DNA of 64,000 bases from Myxococcota bacterium (GCA_965223415.1 OZ245002.1:896001-960000); one strand, 5' to 3'. Positions 18,897 to 29,161 are shown, counted from the first letter of the stretch. Notes: generated by a model not told the origin, from the letters alone. A program made the numbers and translations.

Positions 18897-19640
18897 ATGA
18901 GCGACGGCCGTTCGGACCTGCGGATCCTGCTCCTCCAGATCCGCGACCAGGCGCGCACGCGGAGGGAGGAGCACGAGAGCTTCGCCGCCCAGGCGGGTCT
19001 GGCTCCCGGGCAGATCGAGATCCTGAACGTCTTCGACACCCCGCGCTTCCCCGCGGCGGCGGCCGAGGGCTACGACGCGCTCTTCGTGGGCGGTGCCAGC
19101 GAGGCCAGCGTCCTCGAGCCCGAGACCTACGGCTTCGTCCCCTACTGCACCGACCTGCTCCTGCACGCCCGGGACGCCGGCCAGCCCGTCTTCGCCTCCT
19201 GCTTCGGCTTCCAGCTGGCGGTGATCGCCTTCGGCGGAAGCATCGTGCGGGACGCAGCCGACTTCGAGATGGGGACCATCCCCATCCGTCTGACGGCCGA
19301 AGCGAAGGACGACCCGATCCTGCACGACACGCCGGACGGCTTCCTGGCGGTCTCCGTGCACCGCGAGCGGACAAGGGCGGCACCGGAGGGCTGCCAGGAG
19401 CTGGCCTTCACCGACGCCTGCTGTCACGTCTTCCGGGTGACCGGCCAGCCCTTCTGGGCGTTCCAGTTCCACCCGGAGGTGGATCGCGCCACCCTGATCG
19501 AGCGGCTCACGGTGTTCAAGGCCCACTACACCGAGAGCGACGGCCACCTGAAGGAGGTGCTGGACGCGGCCGAGGAGACGCCGGAGTCGAATCGGCTCGT
19601 GACCAAGTTCGTCGAGCGGGTGCTCCTAGGTCACGGGTGA
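18897..19640 (+). CDS. type 1 glutamine amidotransferase
   Basis: ASCFGFQ nucleophile, QFHPE. Confidence 0.88.
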   Translation: MSDGRSDLRILLLQIRDQARTRREEHESFAAQAGLAPGQIEILNVFDTPRFPAAAAEGYDALFVGGASEASVLEPETYGFVPYCTDLLLHARDAGQPVFASCFGFQLAVIAFGGSIVRDAADFEMGTIPIRLTAEAKDDPILHDTPDGFLAVSVHRERTRAAPEGCQELAFTDACCHVFRVTGQPFWAFQFHPEVDRATLIERLTVFKAHYTESDGHLKEVLDAAEETPESNRLVTKFVERVLLGHG

Positions 19641-22600
19641 GCGCGGCTCGCCCGCACGGGCGCCGAGGTTGCCGTAGCGGTGGTAGTCCACGCACAGGCT
19701 CTGCTCGCGCAGCACCTGGAGCAGCTCGAGGCGACCCACGGCGAGGACCGGTGCGGTCGCCAGGAACAGGCCCGTCTCGGCGGCGGCACGGCGCACGACG
19801 TCGGCCACACGGTCCGCGCCGGCGTACCGTACGCGCTCGGTCTGCCCACGGCGGATCACCTCCGCAAGAGCCTCGTCGGACTCCTCGACGAACTCGATGC
19901 TGGCCGCCCAGGAGTCCGTGAGCTCGTGGAGGAGCTCCACGGGGGGAGGAGAGCCGGCCCCGGAGCTGACGGTGATGCCACAGCCCGCCGCGCGAGCCGC
20001 CAGCACCCGGGCGACCACGTCGAAGCCGTCGTCCGTGGCGTGGATGCGGATCCGCAGATGACCGATCGCCAGGTAGCGGCGTCGGTTGTCCTGGCCGAGC
20101 AGGCGGACGTCGTCGTGCTCGCGCCCGAACTCCTCGGCCATGGCACGCTCGTAGCTCGCGGCGGCCCGGTGCAGGCGCGCCAGGGTGGCCGGCGGGAGCG
20201 CCCGCCGCGCCTGGAGCTGCGCGAGCAGCTCGGCGACACGCTCGTCCGCGAGCGGGCCCCCTTCTTCCCCTCCCGACTTCTCCCGAAAGCGCATCAGGGA
20301 GGCCACGTAGCTCGGCCCGCCGGCCTTGATCCCGGGCCCGACGGCGCTCTTCGCCATGCCGCCGAAGGGCTGGCGCAGGACGATGGCGCCGGTGGTTCCG
20401 CGGTTGACGTAGAGGTTGCCTGCGCGCACGCGCTGCGCCCAATGCTCCTGCTCCCGATCGTCGAGGCTGTGCAGGCCGGAGGTGAGGCCATAGCCGGTCT
20501 GGTGCACCAGATCGATGGCGTGATCGAGATCGTCCGCGCGCATCACACCGAGCACTGGCCCGAAGAGCTCGGTGGTGTGCGTCGTGCTCCCGGCCGCCAC
20601 GCCCCACTTGATGCCCGGCGACCAGAGGCGCGGGTTGTCGAGCGTTCGACGTGGTCGAACGGCCCAGGACTCCCCGGCCTCGAGCTCCTTCAGGCCCCGC
20701 TCGAGGGCGCCGCGGGGCGGACGGATCAGCGGCCCGACCACCGTCCGGAAGTTCCAAGCGGATCCGACGCGGAGGCTCTCGGTCGCGTCGCAGAGCGTGC
20801 GGCGGAAGCCCTCGTCCTCGTACACCTCGCGCTCCAGGATCAGGAGCGAGGTGGCCGAGCACTTCTGTCCGGCGTGGCCGAAGGCGCACTTGACCACGTG
20901 CTTGATGGCCAGGTCGCGGTCGGACATGGCGGTGACCACGCTGGCGTTCTTGCCGCCGGTCTCCGCCAGGAGCGGGAGATCCGGGCGCAGCGAGAGCAGA
21001 TGGAAGGCAGTGGCGGTGCCGCCGGTGAACACGACGGCGCCCACCTCCTCGTGGGTCGCGAGACGGGTGGCCGCGTCCTCGTTGGCGCCGTAGACGAATT
21101 GGAGCGCGTTCCGGCTCACGCCGGCAGCCCAGAAGCACTCGCAGAGCATCCAGGCCGCGGCGACGGTCTCGGGGGCGGGCTTCAGGATCACCGTGTTCCC
21201 CGCGGCGAGCGCTGCGGCGACGCCGCCGCAGGGAATGGCGACGGGGAAGTTCCAGGGCGGAATCACCGCGACGACCCCGGGTGCGGAGGCCTCCACGCCC
21301 GGCAACTCGGCGAAGGCCTCGGCGCTGCGCGCGTAGAACTCGCAGAAATCGACGGCCTCGGAGACCTCGGGATCCGACTCGGGCAGCACCTTGCCGCCCT
21401 CGGCGAGGGCGATGCCCATCAGGTCGGAGCGGCGCTCGCGGATCTGCCGAGCGACCCGCCGGAGCAGGTCGCCGCGCTCTCGCGCGGAGAGCGCGCGCCA
21501 TCCGTCCGGATCGCTGCGGGCGCAGGCCACCGCTTCCTCCACGTCGGCGACGCTACCCACTCGGAAGCGCGCCACCACCGTGCCGGGGCGCGAGGGATCC
21601 TCGGACGTCGCGACCGAGCGATCCTCGAAGACCTCCCGTCCCGCGATCACCAGGGGAACTTCGAGGGCGTGCTCGCCGCATCTCCCCTCCCAGCGCGAGG
21701 CGAGATCGGTCGCCCACGCGACGTTGGCGGGAAGCGCGAAGTCCGTGTCGGGCTCGTTGCGGAAGCGCCCGCCGGAGGGAGGAGGCGGCGGTCGCCTCCG
21801 GTCCTGGGTGCGCCGGGGCGCGTCCGCAAGGGAGGAAATCCGCCCGAAGGCCTCGACGAAGTCGCGCTCCAAGTGACGCCACTCCTCGGAGTCGACCGAG
21901 AGGCGGAAGGCGTGACGCAGGAAGTTGTCTGGCCCGGTGTTCTCGTCGAGACGCCGGACCAGGTAGCCGATGGCGTGGATGAAGTGCTCGCGGGGACAGG
22001 CCGGCGCGTAGAGGAGCACGTCCCGGGTCTCCTCGAACAGCGCGCGGCGCTGATGGTTCGCCATCCCTTCGAGCATCTCGAGGTGCACCGCGTCCTGGAC
22101 GCCTCGGGCCTCGGCGAGAACGAGGCCGTAGGCCAGCTCGAACAGGTTGTGGGAAGCGACGCCCACCCGCACCGCCCGGGCGTGATCCGGCTCCAGGGCG
22201 TAGCGGAGCATCCGCTTGTAGCTGGCGTCGGTCTCGGCCTTGGTCTGGAAGGGAGCGGCGGGCCAGCCCCGCAGCGAGGCCTCGACCCGCTCCATCTCCA
22301 TGTTCGCGCCCTTGACGATGCGCAGGGTGACCGGCGCGCCGCCGGCTTCCACGCGCGCCATCGCCCACTCGGTGATCCGCTGCTGGGCGGCGAAGGAATC
22401 CGGGACGTAGGCCTGGAGCACGATCCCGGCCCGGGCATCGCGGAGCCCGGGCCGATCGAGGGTGCGCAGGAAGGTCTCGACGGTGATGGCGAGATCCCGG
22501 TACTCCTCCATGTCGAGGTAGACGAGCTTCGGCACGCGGCGACCGTCGGCCCGGACGAAGTGCTCCTTCGCGGCGGCCCGCACCAGCAGCTCGAGGCGAT

Positions 22601-23225
22601 CGCAGAGCCGCTGCACGGTCGGCTCGAAGGCCAGGGACGAGATCTGGGAGAAGATCGTCGAGACCTTGACCGAGACCACCTCGATGTCCGGGCTCTGGAG
22701 TGCCAGCAGATAGGCTTCGAGGCGGCGCTCCGCCTCCTCCTCGCCGAGCAGCGCCTCGCCGAGGAAGTTGACGTTCATGCGCACGCCCTCCTCCCGGCGC
22801 GCGCGCAGATGCTCGGCCAGGAGCTCCGGCTCCGCCGGCAGGATCACGTTGGCGGTCTCCTGCTGCATCTTCTCCTTCACCAGCGGCACGGCCACCCCCG
22901 GCAGGTAGCCGCCGAAGGATTGAAAGCCGCGCAGCAGGGTGCGATCCAGGGGCGAGAAGAAGCGGGGCACCCCCTGCACGTCCAGGATGTGGGTGAGCTG
23001 GTCGGCGGAGCGCCGGGCCCTGGTCGAACGGAAGGCCTGGTCGGTCATCTGGACCAGGGTCGCCTTGTCCTCCGGGTGCTGGATCATCCGGTCGAACTCG
23101 GCCTGCTGCCTGCGCTCCTGGGGCGTCTGCAGGGCTGTGGCCCGCTCCTGGAGCCGACGCGCGAGCCGGGCGGCCCTCTCGACAAGCTCCGTGTCAGCGG
23201 GAGAAGACGAGATCTTCGAGCTCAT
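19626..23225 (-). CDS. putA: bifunctional proline dehydrogenase / L-glutamate gamma-semialdehyde dehydrogenase
   Basis: LDMEEY, RIVKGAN, ASHNLF, VRRLDEN; ALDH motifs PWNFP, ETGGKN, GQKCSA, ELFGPV. Confidence 0.95.
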   Translation of the reverse strand: MSSKISSSPADTELVERAARLARRLQERATALQTPQERRQQAEFDRMIQHPEDKATLVQMTDQAFRSTRARRSADQLTHILDVQGVPRFFSPLDRTLLRGFQSFGGYLPGVAVPLVKEKMQQETANVILPAEPELLAEHLRARREEGVRMNVNFLGEALLGEEEAERRLEAYLLALQSPDIEVVSVKVSTIFSQISSLAFEPTVQRLCDRLELLVRAAAKEHFVRADGRRVPKLVYLDMEEYRDLAITVETFLRTLDRPGLRDARAGIVLQAYVPDSFAAQQRITEWAMARVEAGGAPVTLRIVKGANMEMERVEASLRGWPAAPFQTKAETDASYKRMLRYALEPDHARAVRVGVASHNLFELAYGLVLAEARGVQDAVHLEMLEGMANHQRRALFEETRDVLLYAPACPREHFIHAIGYLVRRLDENTGPDNFLRHAFRLSVDSEEWRHLERDFVEAFGRISSLADAPRRTQDRRRPPPPPSGGRFRNEPDTDFALPANVAWATDLASRWEGRCGEHALEVPLVIAGREVFEDRSVATSEDPSRPGTVVARFRVGSVADVEEAVACARSDPDGWRALSARERGDLLRRVARQIRERRSDLMGIALAEGGKVLPESDPEVSEAVDFCEFYARSAEAFAELPGVEASAPGVVAVIPPWNFPVAIPCGGVAAALAAGNTVILKPAPETVAAAWMLCECFWAAGVSRNALQFVYGANEDAATRLATHEEVGAVVFTGGTATAFHLLSLRPDLPLLAETGGKNASVVTAMSDRDLAIKHVVKCAFGHAGQKCSATSLLILEREVYEDEGFRRTLCDATESLRVGSAWNFRTVVGPLIRPPRGALERGLKELEAGESWAVRPRRTLDNPRLWSPGIKWGVAAGSTTHTTELFGPVLGVMRADDLDHAIDLVHQTGYGLTSGLHSLDDREQEHWAQRVRAGNLYVNRGTTGAIVLRQPFGGMAKSAVGPGIKAGGPSYVASLMRFREKSGGEEGGPLADERVAELLAQLQARRALPPATLARLHRAAASYERAMAEEFGREHDDVRLLGQDNRRRYLAIGHLRIRIHATDDGFDVVARVLAARAAGCGITVSSGAGSPPPVELLHELTDSWAASIEFVEESDEALAEVIRRGQTERVRYAGADRVADVVRRAAAETGLFLATAPVLAVGRLELLQVLREQSLCVDYHRYGNLGARAGEPRSPVT

Positions 23226-24372
23226 CGGCGGCGCGGGTGAGGCTCACATTCCCATCGTCGGTCACGAGCACGGTGTCCGAATGGCGGAAGCCGCCGATGC
23301 CGGGCAGGTAGATCCCGGGCTCGACGCTGAAGAGCATGCCCGGCTCGATCTCCCGCTCGTAGGAGACGGCCAGAAAGGGTGCCTCGTGGCCGGTGACGCC
23401 GAAGCTGTGGCCGGTGCGGTGCAGGACCGCGTCCAGGTAGCCGTGCTTCTCGAAGTGGTCGCGCACCACCCGGTCCACTTCCGCCATGCTCTCCCCGGGG
23501 CGCGTGCGCTCGAAGGCGAGCCGGCGGGCCTCCCTCATCACCTCGAAGGGGCGGCGGGCCGCCTCGGGAACCGCGTTCAGGAAGAAGCTGCGCTCGATCT
23601 CTGCGCCGTAGCCGTTGACCCGGCTGTTGATGACGCTGACGTGGGGGCCGCCCTCTTCGAGCTGCACGAAGACGTCGGTGAAGTTATGGGGATCGTGGGA
23701 GAGGGACGGCGGCTGGACGACGGCAGCGAAGGTGCTGGCCAGCATATTCGCATTGGGCATGTCGCGCAGCATGCGCCCGCTCATCGAGCGGGTGACCTGG
23801 CCGAAGATCCCGATGGCGAGCTGGCCGGGATGGCAGAGCCCGACGAGCTCCTCGTGGCCCTCGCTCACCACCTGGGAGGCATGAGCGAGGCGGCCGAGCT
23901 CGTAGGACGTCTTCACCATGCGGGCCTCGTCGACCACGTCGCTGCGCACGCGCTCGCCGGGGATCTCCTCTGCTACCTGGAGCGGGCAGACGGATTCGAC
24001 ACCGACCCGCGCCGCACCGCCCAGCGCCTCGCGGAGCCGATCGCTCCAGGCCTCGCCCGCCGGCGCCGGGAACTCGAAGTAGCGCACGAGCTCGAGCTCC
24101 CCCACGGCGCGCACCCGCACGTGCTCCTCCTCCAGGTGGGGCACGACGAAGCGCAACGGCCCCTCCCGCGGCACGACCAGCACGAAGGGACGCTCGTGGA
24201 CGTAGTTGTGGAAGTTCGTCAGGTAGAAGACGTTGTCGGGACCGTGGGCCACGTAGGCGTCGAGGCCCAGGGCCTGCATCCGCTCGCGGACGCGACCGAG
24301 GCGGAGCGCCATCTCGGCGGCGTCCGGCGGCGCGACGACGGGCTCGGGCAGGGAGCTGGAAGCGGCAGCCAT
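23194..24372 (-). CDS. Xaa-Pro peptidase family (M24)
   Basis: HRTGHSFG..HE.P, SVEPGIY, GFRHSDT; alternative start at GTG 24384. Confidence 0.88.
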   Translation of the reverse strand: MAAASSSLPEPVVAPPDAAEMALRLGRVRERMQALGLDAYVAHGPDNVFYLTNFHNYVHERPFVLVVPREGPLRFVVPHLEEEHVRVRAVGELELVRYFEFPAPAGEAWSDRLREALGGAARVGVESVCPLQVAEEIPGERVRSDVVDEARMVKTSYELGRLAHASQVVSEGHEELVGLCHPGQLAIGIFGQVTRSMSGRMLRDMPNANMLASTFAAVVQPPSLSHDPHNFTDVFVQLEEGGPHVSVINSRVNGYGAEIERSFFLNAVPEAARRPFEVMREARRLAFERTRPGESMAEVDRVVRDHFEKHGYLDAVLHRTGHSFGVTGHEAPFLAVSYEREIEPGMLFSVEPGIYLPGIGGFRHSDTVLVTDDGNVSLTRAADELEDLVFSR

Positions 24373-24392
24373 GGGTTCCCTCACCGATGAGG

Positions 24393-25439
24393 CTACTCGA
24401 TTCCGGCCACCCGGCGCAGGGCGTCCCTCGCCTCCAGCTCCTCGATGGCCCGCTCGGCGCGCTCGAGGAAGGCGGCCGCGAAACGCTCCTGGCCAGGAGG
24501 CTGGCCTTCCGGGAAGGTGACGAGGGGGCAGGAGGCCGGAACCGTGTAGGAGGCCTGGACGCGATGCTGCAGCCAGGCGTCCTCGAAGTCGATCGGCGCG
24601 CCGCCGGCTTCGCGCCGCGCCTCCAGGTAGCGCTCGATCAGCTCGCGCTCGTGGCGGCGGCGAAGCTCCGGGGAGAGCGCCATGCAGAGGAAGTAGCCGA
24701 CGTCGCGAAGCGGCGGGCCCAGCTGGATCAGGCCCCAGTCGAAGAAGCCGACGCGCTCGCCGTCCAGGAACAGGTTGCCGATGTGGCCGTCGCCCTGGAG
24801 GACGGTCTCGCCGCCTCGCTCCCAGGCGGCCTCGAGCTCGGCCTGGCGCCCGATGTAGAGCTGCGCCAGCTCGGCGAAGGCGTCGCTGAGCCGCTCGCGA
24901 TGGTGGTCGAGGCCGAGCTGGAGGAGCGTCGTCCCGAAGTCGCTGCCCGCGGGCATGGGCTCGACCCAGGCCGCCTCCCGGGCCCGGCGCGCCGGGTCCT
25001 CGTAGCGAACGTGGAGCGCGGCGAAGTCGCGCATCGCGCCGGCGGCCTGCTCGAAGCCGAGCCCGGCGACCAGGTCCGGAAGCCGGCAGCCCGTCGCCTC
25101 CAGGTCCTCGACGAGCAGGAGGAACGCCCCGCTGGCCTCGTCGAAGCGGGCCAGGAAGGGACGCGGCACGCGCATCGGCACCCGACTGGCGAGGCTCGCG
25201 TAGAAGAGCGCTTCCCGGCGGCCCATGCCCGTGCGGTTGACCGCTTCCCTTCGTGCCGCATCCAGGGGCGGCAGCTTCAGGAAGAGGGTCTCGGGCAGGT
25301 CGCCATCGATGCGGAGCCGCGCGTTCGAGTTCGTGCCGTGCCGGATCTCCAGCACCTCGACCGACGCCACGCCCACGCCCAGGGCCTCGGACAGCCAGGC
25401 CGGTGTGATCTCCGCGGGCTCGGTGGGAAGCGCCGGCAC
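24393..25439 (-). CDS. aminoglycoside/ecdysteroid kinase-like phosphotransferase
   Basis: FLKLP, REALFY, LLVEDL, QGDGHIGN, DWG. Confidence 0.85.
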   Translation of the reverse strand: MPALPTEPAEITPAWLSEALGVGVASVEVLEIRHGTNSNARLRIDGDLPETLFLKLPPLDAARREAVNRTGMGRREALFYASLASRVPMRVPRPFLARFDEASGAFLLLVEDLEATGCRLPDLVAGLGFEQAAGAMRDFAALHVRYEDPARRAREAAWVEPMPAGSDFGTTLLQLGLDHHRERLSDAFAELAQLYIGRQAELEAAWERGGETVLQGDGHIGNLFLDGERVGFFDWGLIQLGPPLRDVGYFLCMALSPELRRRHERELIERYLEARREAGGAPIDFEDAWLQHRVQASYTVPASCPLVTFPEGQPPGQERFAAAFLERAERAIEELEARDALRRVAGIE

Positions 25440-25478
25440 CCGGCCAGGCTAGCGCCTCCGCCGGGCTATCGTGGCGGC

Positions 25479-26123
25479 ATGCTTGCGCTCAACCCCGACG
25501 AGCTACTCACCACCACGCGCACGGTTCGCAAGCGCCTCGACTTCGACCGACCCGTCGCGCGCGAGACGATCGAGACCTGCCTGGAGATCGCCTTCCAGGC
25601 CCCGAACGGCGGCAACCTGAACGCCTGGCGCTGGGTGGTGGTCGACGATCGCACGCTCGTCGAGCGGCTGGCCGAGCTCTACAACCGGGGGCTCGACGAC
25701 TTCATCGCGACCCTGGGCGAAGGCGGCTACCCGGGGGCCGGCGTGCCCGGTGCGGACCGGATCGAGAGCTCGACCCAGCACCTGCGCGACCACCTGCACC
25801 GCGCGCCGGCCCTGGTCCTCCCGCTCCTCGCCGGCCGCACCGATCGCGCGCCGATGACGAGCGTCTTCTGGCAGGCCAGCCAGTGGGGCTCGATCCTCCA
25901 GGCGACCTGGAGCTTCATGCTCGCGCTGCGCGCCCGCGGGCTCGGCAGCGCCTGGACCACCGGCCACCTCTGGCGCGAGGAGGAGACCGCCGAGCTCCTC
26001 GGCATTCCCCACGACGTCTACATGCAGACCGGGCTCTTCCCGGTGGCCTACACCCTCGGGACGGACTTCAAGCCGGCCTACCGCAAGCCGGTCGCCGAGG
26101 TGGTCGGCTGGAACGGTTTCTGA
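25479..26123 (+). CDS. nitroreductase family protein
   Basis: LLTTTRTVRKRLDF, QAPNGGN, LRARGLGSAWTT. Confidence 0.9.
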   Translation: MLALNPDELLTTTRTVRKRLDFDRPVARETIETCLEIAFQAPNGGNLNAWRWVVVDDRTLVERLAELYNRGLDDFIATLGEGGYPGAGVPGADRIESSTQHLRDHLHRAPALVLPLLAGRTDRAPMTSVFWQASQWGSILQATWSFMLALRARGLGSAWTTGHLWREEETAELLGIPHDVYMQTGLFPVAYTLGTDFKPAYRKPVAEVVGWNGF

Positions 26124-26124
26124 G

Positions 26125-26538
26125 ATGGCGAACAAGGATGTGGTGGAGCGCTTCTTCGCGAGCCTGTGGAGCGACCCGGAGGGCGCCCGTGCCCTGTGCA
26201 TGGAGGACGTCACCTGGGTGACGACGCGCTCGATGCCGATCCCCGGCAACGAGGGTTCCATCGAACACGTCGGGTTCGACGCAGTCCTGAACGTCGCCAA
26301 CAGCGGCAAGGACTCGGACGTGGGCTACCTGCCCGAGACGATCGTCTACCCGCATCAGCTCCTGCTCGACGCGGAGGACGACCACGTCGTCTACCAGTTC
26401 ACGATGCAATGCCGGACCCGACAGGGAAGGGACTACCTGAACGACTACCTCTTCCTCGTAAAGCTCGAGGAAGGGAAGATCAAGCGCTTCCAGGAGTACT
26501 GGGACTCGAAGCTGGCCTTCGAGACGCTCTTCACCTAG
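26125..26538 (+). CDS. SnoaL/NTF2-like protein
   Basis: NKDVVERFF, G.DY.NDY.F, GKI..FQEYWD. Confidence 0.82.
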   Translation: MANKDVVERFFASLWSDPEGARALCMEDVTWVTTRSMPIPGNEGSIEHVGFDAVLNVANSGKDSDVGYLPETIVYPHQLLLDAEDDHVVYQFTMQCRTRQGRDYLNDYLFLVKLEEGKIKRFQEYWDSKLAFETLFT

Positions 26539-27808
26539 CAGGCTGCTGAAATTCGGCGCTGAGAGGCGCCAGAACGCCAGAGGGCGCGGGTCCCCGCGGC
26601 CCGCTCGGCTCGCTCTTCGATCCCGGAAGCGATCCGGGGTACCTCGTCTCGATGCAGGTGCGTCATGTGACCTCTACGAGGTTGCGTATGCGGACCAGGT
26701 TGTAGACCGCCGCCGTGAAGACGAACATCCACCCGACCCGATCCGTGCCCCGGTGACGCGTCTTTCGCATTCCCCCGACCGTCTTCATCCAACCGAAGCA
26801 CTCCTCGATCCGCTTGCGTTTGTGCTGGCTGATCGCGTAGCCCTCGTGACGGACCGTGCGACCGTCGATCCGGCTGGCCCGATTCGTCGTGTGCTGCGCC
26901 ACGTGCGGCGTGATGTTGCGCTTCCGGCAGCCCGCCACGAACTCCTCGGTGTCGTAGCCCTTGTCCCCGCCCAGCGTGATCCGGCGCCTTCCCGCCACGT
27001 CCTCCGCCATCTCCAGCGCTGCCAGCCGCTCGGCGTAGCCATCGGCCTCCGTCAGCAGCGCCGAGACGATCAGGCCGTTGCGGTTCTCCGTCAGCAGATG
27101 GCCCATGTAGGCCAGCTGCGAGGTCTGGCCCTTCTTGCGCGCCAGCCGCGCCTCGGGATCCGTCGTCGATTCGTGCGTCGCGTTGCTCCGCCGCTCTCCC
27201 CGAAAGTTCACCGTCGGGTTGCCCGGATCGTCGTCTCCGTCGTCCCCCGAGCCGTCCTTCGCCCGGAAGCTCTTCTGGCTCGCCCACGCCTCGATCAGCG
27301 TGCCATCCACCGTGAAGTGCTCCGACGACAGAAGGCCGTGGTCCTTTCCCTGCGCCAGCACCGCCTCAAAGAACGCCTCCGCCACGTCCCCTTCCAGCAG
27401 CCGGTCCCGGTTCTTCGTGAAGACCGTCGGGACCCAGACCGCATCCTCCATCCCCAGCCCTACGAACCAACGGAACAGCAGGTTGTACTCGAGCTGCTCC
27501 ATCAGCTGGCGCTCACTCCGGATCGAGTAGAGCACCTGCAGCAACAGAGCCCGCAGCAGCCGCTCCGGTGGGATCGACGGCCGGCCCGTCGACGCGTAGA
27601 GCTCCGAGAACCGCCGAGACAGGCCCCTCAGCGCCTCGTCCACCATCGCCCGCATGGGGCGAAGCGGATGATCCTCCGGAATCCGCGTCTCCAGCGAGAC
27701 GTAGCTGAACATCGAACCCTGCTCTCGGTCGCTGCCGCGCATCCTCTCTCCCCCCGACCCATCTTCTACCATCGAGAACACGGAAACGCAGGGTTTTTCA
27801 GCAGCCTG
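26539..27808 (-). mobile_element. complete IS5-family insertion sequence, 1270 bp
   Basis: TIRs CAGGCTGCTGAAA (26539-26551) and TTTCAGCAGCCTG (27796-27808); CTAG target duplication at 26535-26538 and 27809-27812. Confidence 0.95.
26663..27742 (-). CDS. IS5 family DDE transposase
   Basis: GRPSIPPERLLRALLLQ, YNLLFRWF, VDGTLI, GDKGYD, RKRIEECFG. Confidence 0.96.
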   Translation of the reverse strand: MRGSDREQGSMFSYVSLETRIPEDHPLRPMRAMVDEALRGLSRRFSELYASTGRPSIPPERLLRALLLQVLYSIRSERQLMEQLEYNLLFRWFVGLGMEDAVWVPTVFTKNRDRLLEGDVAEAFFEAVLAQGKDHGLLSSEHFTVDGTLIEAWASQKSFRAKDGSGDDGDDDPGNPTVNFRGERRSNATHESTTDPEARLARKKGQTSQLAYMGHLLTENRNGLIVSALLTEADGYAERLAALEMAEDVAGRRRITLGGDKGYDTEEFVAGCRKRNITPHVAQHTTNRASRIDGRTVRHEGYAISQHKRKRIEECFGWMKTVGGMRKTRHRGTDRVGWMFVFTAAVYNLVRIRNLVEVT

Positions 27809-29161
27809 CTAGCGGGGGAATCCGCTCCGGCGCCGCTCCAGCTCGGCGAGCACGTCGGCGTGCTCGCCCTCGTTCAGGGAGAAGCGACTGAAGAGGAGCA
27901 GCGCGATCGCGTAGCCCGCGGCGGGAAAGCCGCCGGCGACGAGCAGGATGGTGTTGCGCACCGCCTCGCTCTGCACCTCGGCCTGGCCGTCGTAGCCCGA
28001 CCACTGGAGCATCACCCCGGAGAGCCCGATCGCGAGGCCGCCGCCCGCCTTGCGGATGAAGTTCCAGGCGGCGGTGTAGGCGCCTTCCTTCCGCTCCCCG
28101 GTCTGGAGCTCGTCGTAGTCGATGATGTCCGCCTTGATGCTGGGGACCACGACGAGGCCGATCCCGATCCCGCTGGCGAGGATCGTGACGAGCACCATGA
28201 TCAACGGCGCGCCACCCTCGGCCCCGAAGACGATGCCGCCGTAGCCGGGGATCATGGCCGCCATTCCGCACAGGTAGAGCGTCTTCTTCCCGACCCACCG
28301 CGATACCCGGATCCAGAGCGGGATGAACACGAACTGCGGCACGGCGTAGAGGGCGATCAGGAGCTCCTGCAGGTCGTAGCGGCCGACCACGTCCTCCATG
28401 ATGAAGGGGACCATCACGCCGATGCTGCCCGCGGCGAAGGACTGGATGGCGAAGACGACGAAGAGCAGGCGGGCGTGGGGGTTGCGCCAGACGTCGGCCA
28501 TGGCGCCGAGTAGGTTCTCGCCGCCGCGTCCGCTGAACTCGCCGCGCTCCGGGAGGCGCCATGCTGCGTAGACGATCGTGGCCACTACCAGCAAGCCGCC
28601 GAGCACAGCGAGCGCGAAGGCCGCCTGGCGCGGCTCCGAGGCCGTGCGCAGCGCCCAGATGAAGCCCATGCCCAGCACGAAGCCCGGGGCGCCGACCAGC
28701 TGCTGCCAGCCGAAGAGGCGTGTGCGCTCGTGGTGGTCGTCGGTGAGCTCCATGCCGAGAGCGGTGTAGGGGACGATGAAGGCGGTCTGGGCGGTCTCGT
28801 AGAGCAGGAGGCCGACCGCCATCCAGGCAATGAGCATCCACTCGTCCAGCGCCTCGGGCGGCGCCCACAGCATCACCAGGGTGGCGAGGATGGGAAGCGA
28901 TGCCCCCAGCATCCACGGGCGGCGGCGGCCGAAGCGGGTTCGCGTGCGGTCGGACCACTGGCCCGCCACCGGGTCCGTCACCGCGTCCCAGAGCCGCGCC
29001 AGCATGAACACCGTGCCCATCGCCGCCGGCGGCACGAGCAGGACGTCGGCGCTGTACTTGAGCAGGTACAGCGAGATCGTCATGGTGGCCGCCGCGAACC
29101 CCGCCATGGGGAGCGCGTAGGCGACGAGGACGGACGCCGAGAGGCGCTCGGTCTGGCGCAT
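27809..29161 (-). CDS. MFS transporter, GPH (glycoside-pentoside-hexuronide) type
   Basis: DAVTDP..G.WSD.TRTRFGRRRPW, IDYDELQTGERKEG, multiple TM segments. Confidence 0.9.
   Translation of the reverse strand: MRQTERLSASVLVAYALPMAGFAAATMTISLYLLKYSADVLLVPPAAMGTVFMLARLWDAVTDPVAGQWSDRTRTRFGRRRPWMLGASLPILATLVMLWAPPEALDEWMLIAWMAVGLLLYETAQTAFIVPYTALGMELTDDHHERTRLFGWQQLVGAPGFVLGMGFIWALRTASEPRQAAFALAVLGGLLVVATIVYAAWRLPERGEFSGRGGENLLGAMADVWRNPHARLLFVVFAIQSFAAGSIGVMVPFIMEDVVGRYDLQELLIALYAVPQFVFIPLWIRVSRWVGKKTLYLCGMAAMIPGYGGIVFGAEGGAPLIMVLVTILASGIGIGLVVVPSIKADIIDYDELQTGERKEGAYTAAWNFIRKAGGGLAIGLSGVMLQWSGYDGQAEVQSEAVRNTILLVAGGFPAAGYAIALLLFSRFSLNEGEHADVLAELERRRSGFPR

Noticed and set aside
19680..23240. 1186-aa ORF on the plus strand
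   Set aside because: Antisense shadow of putA
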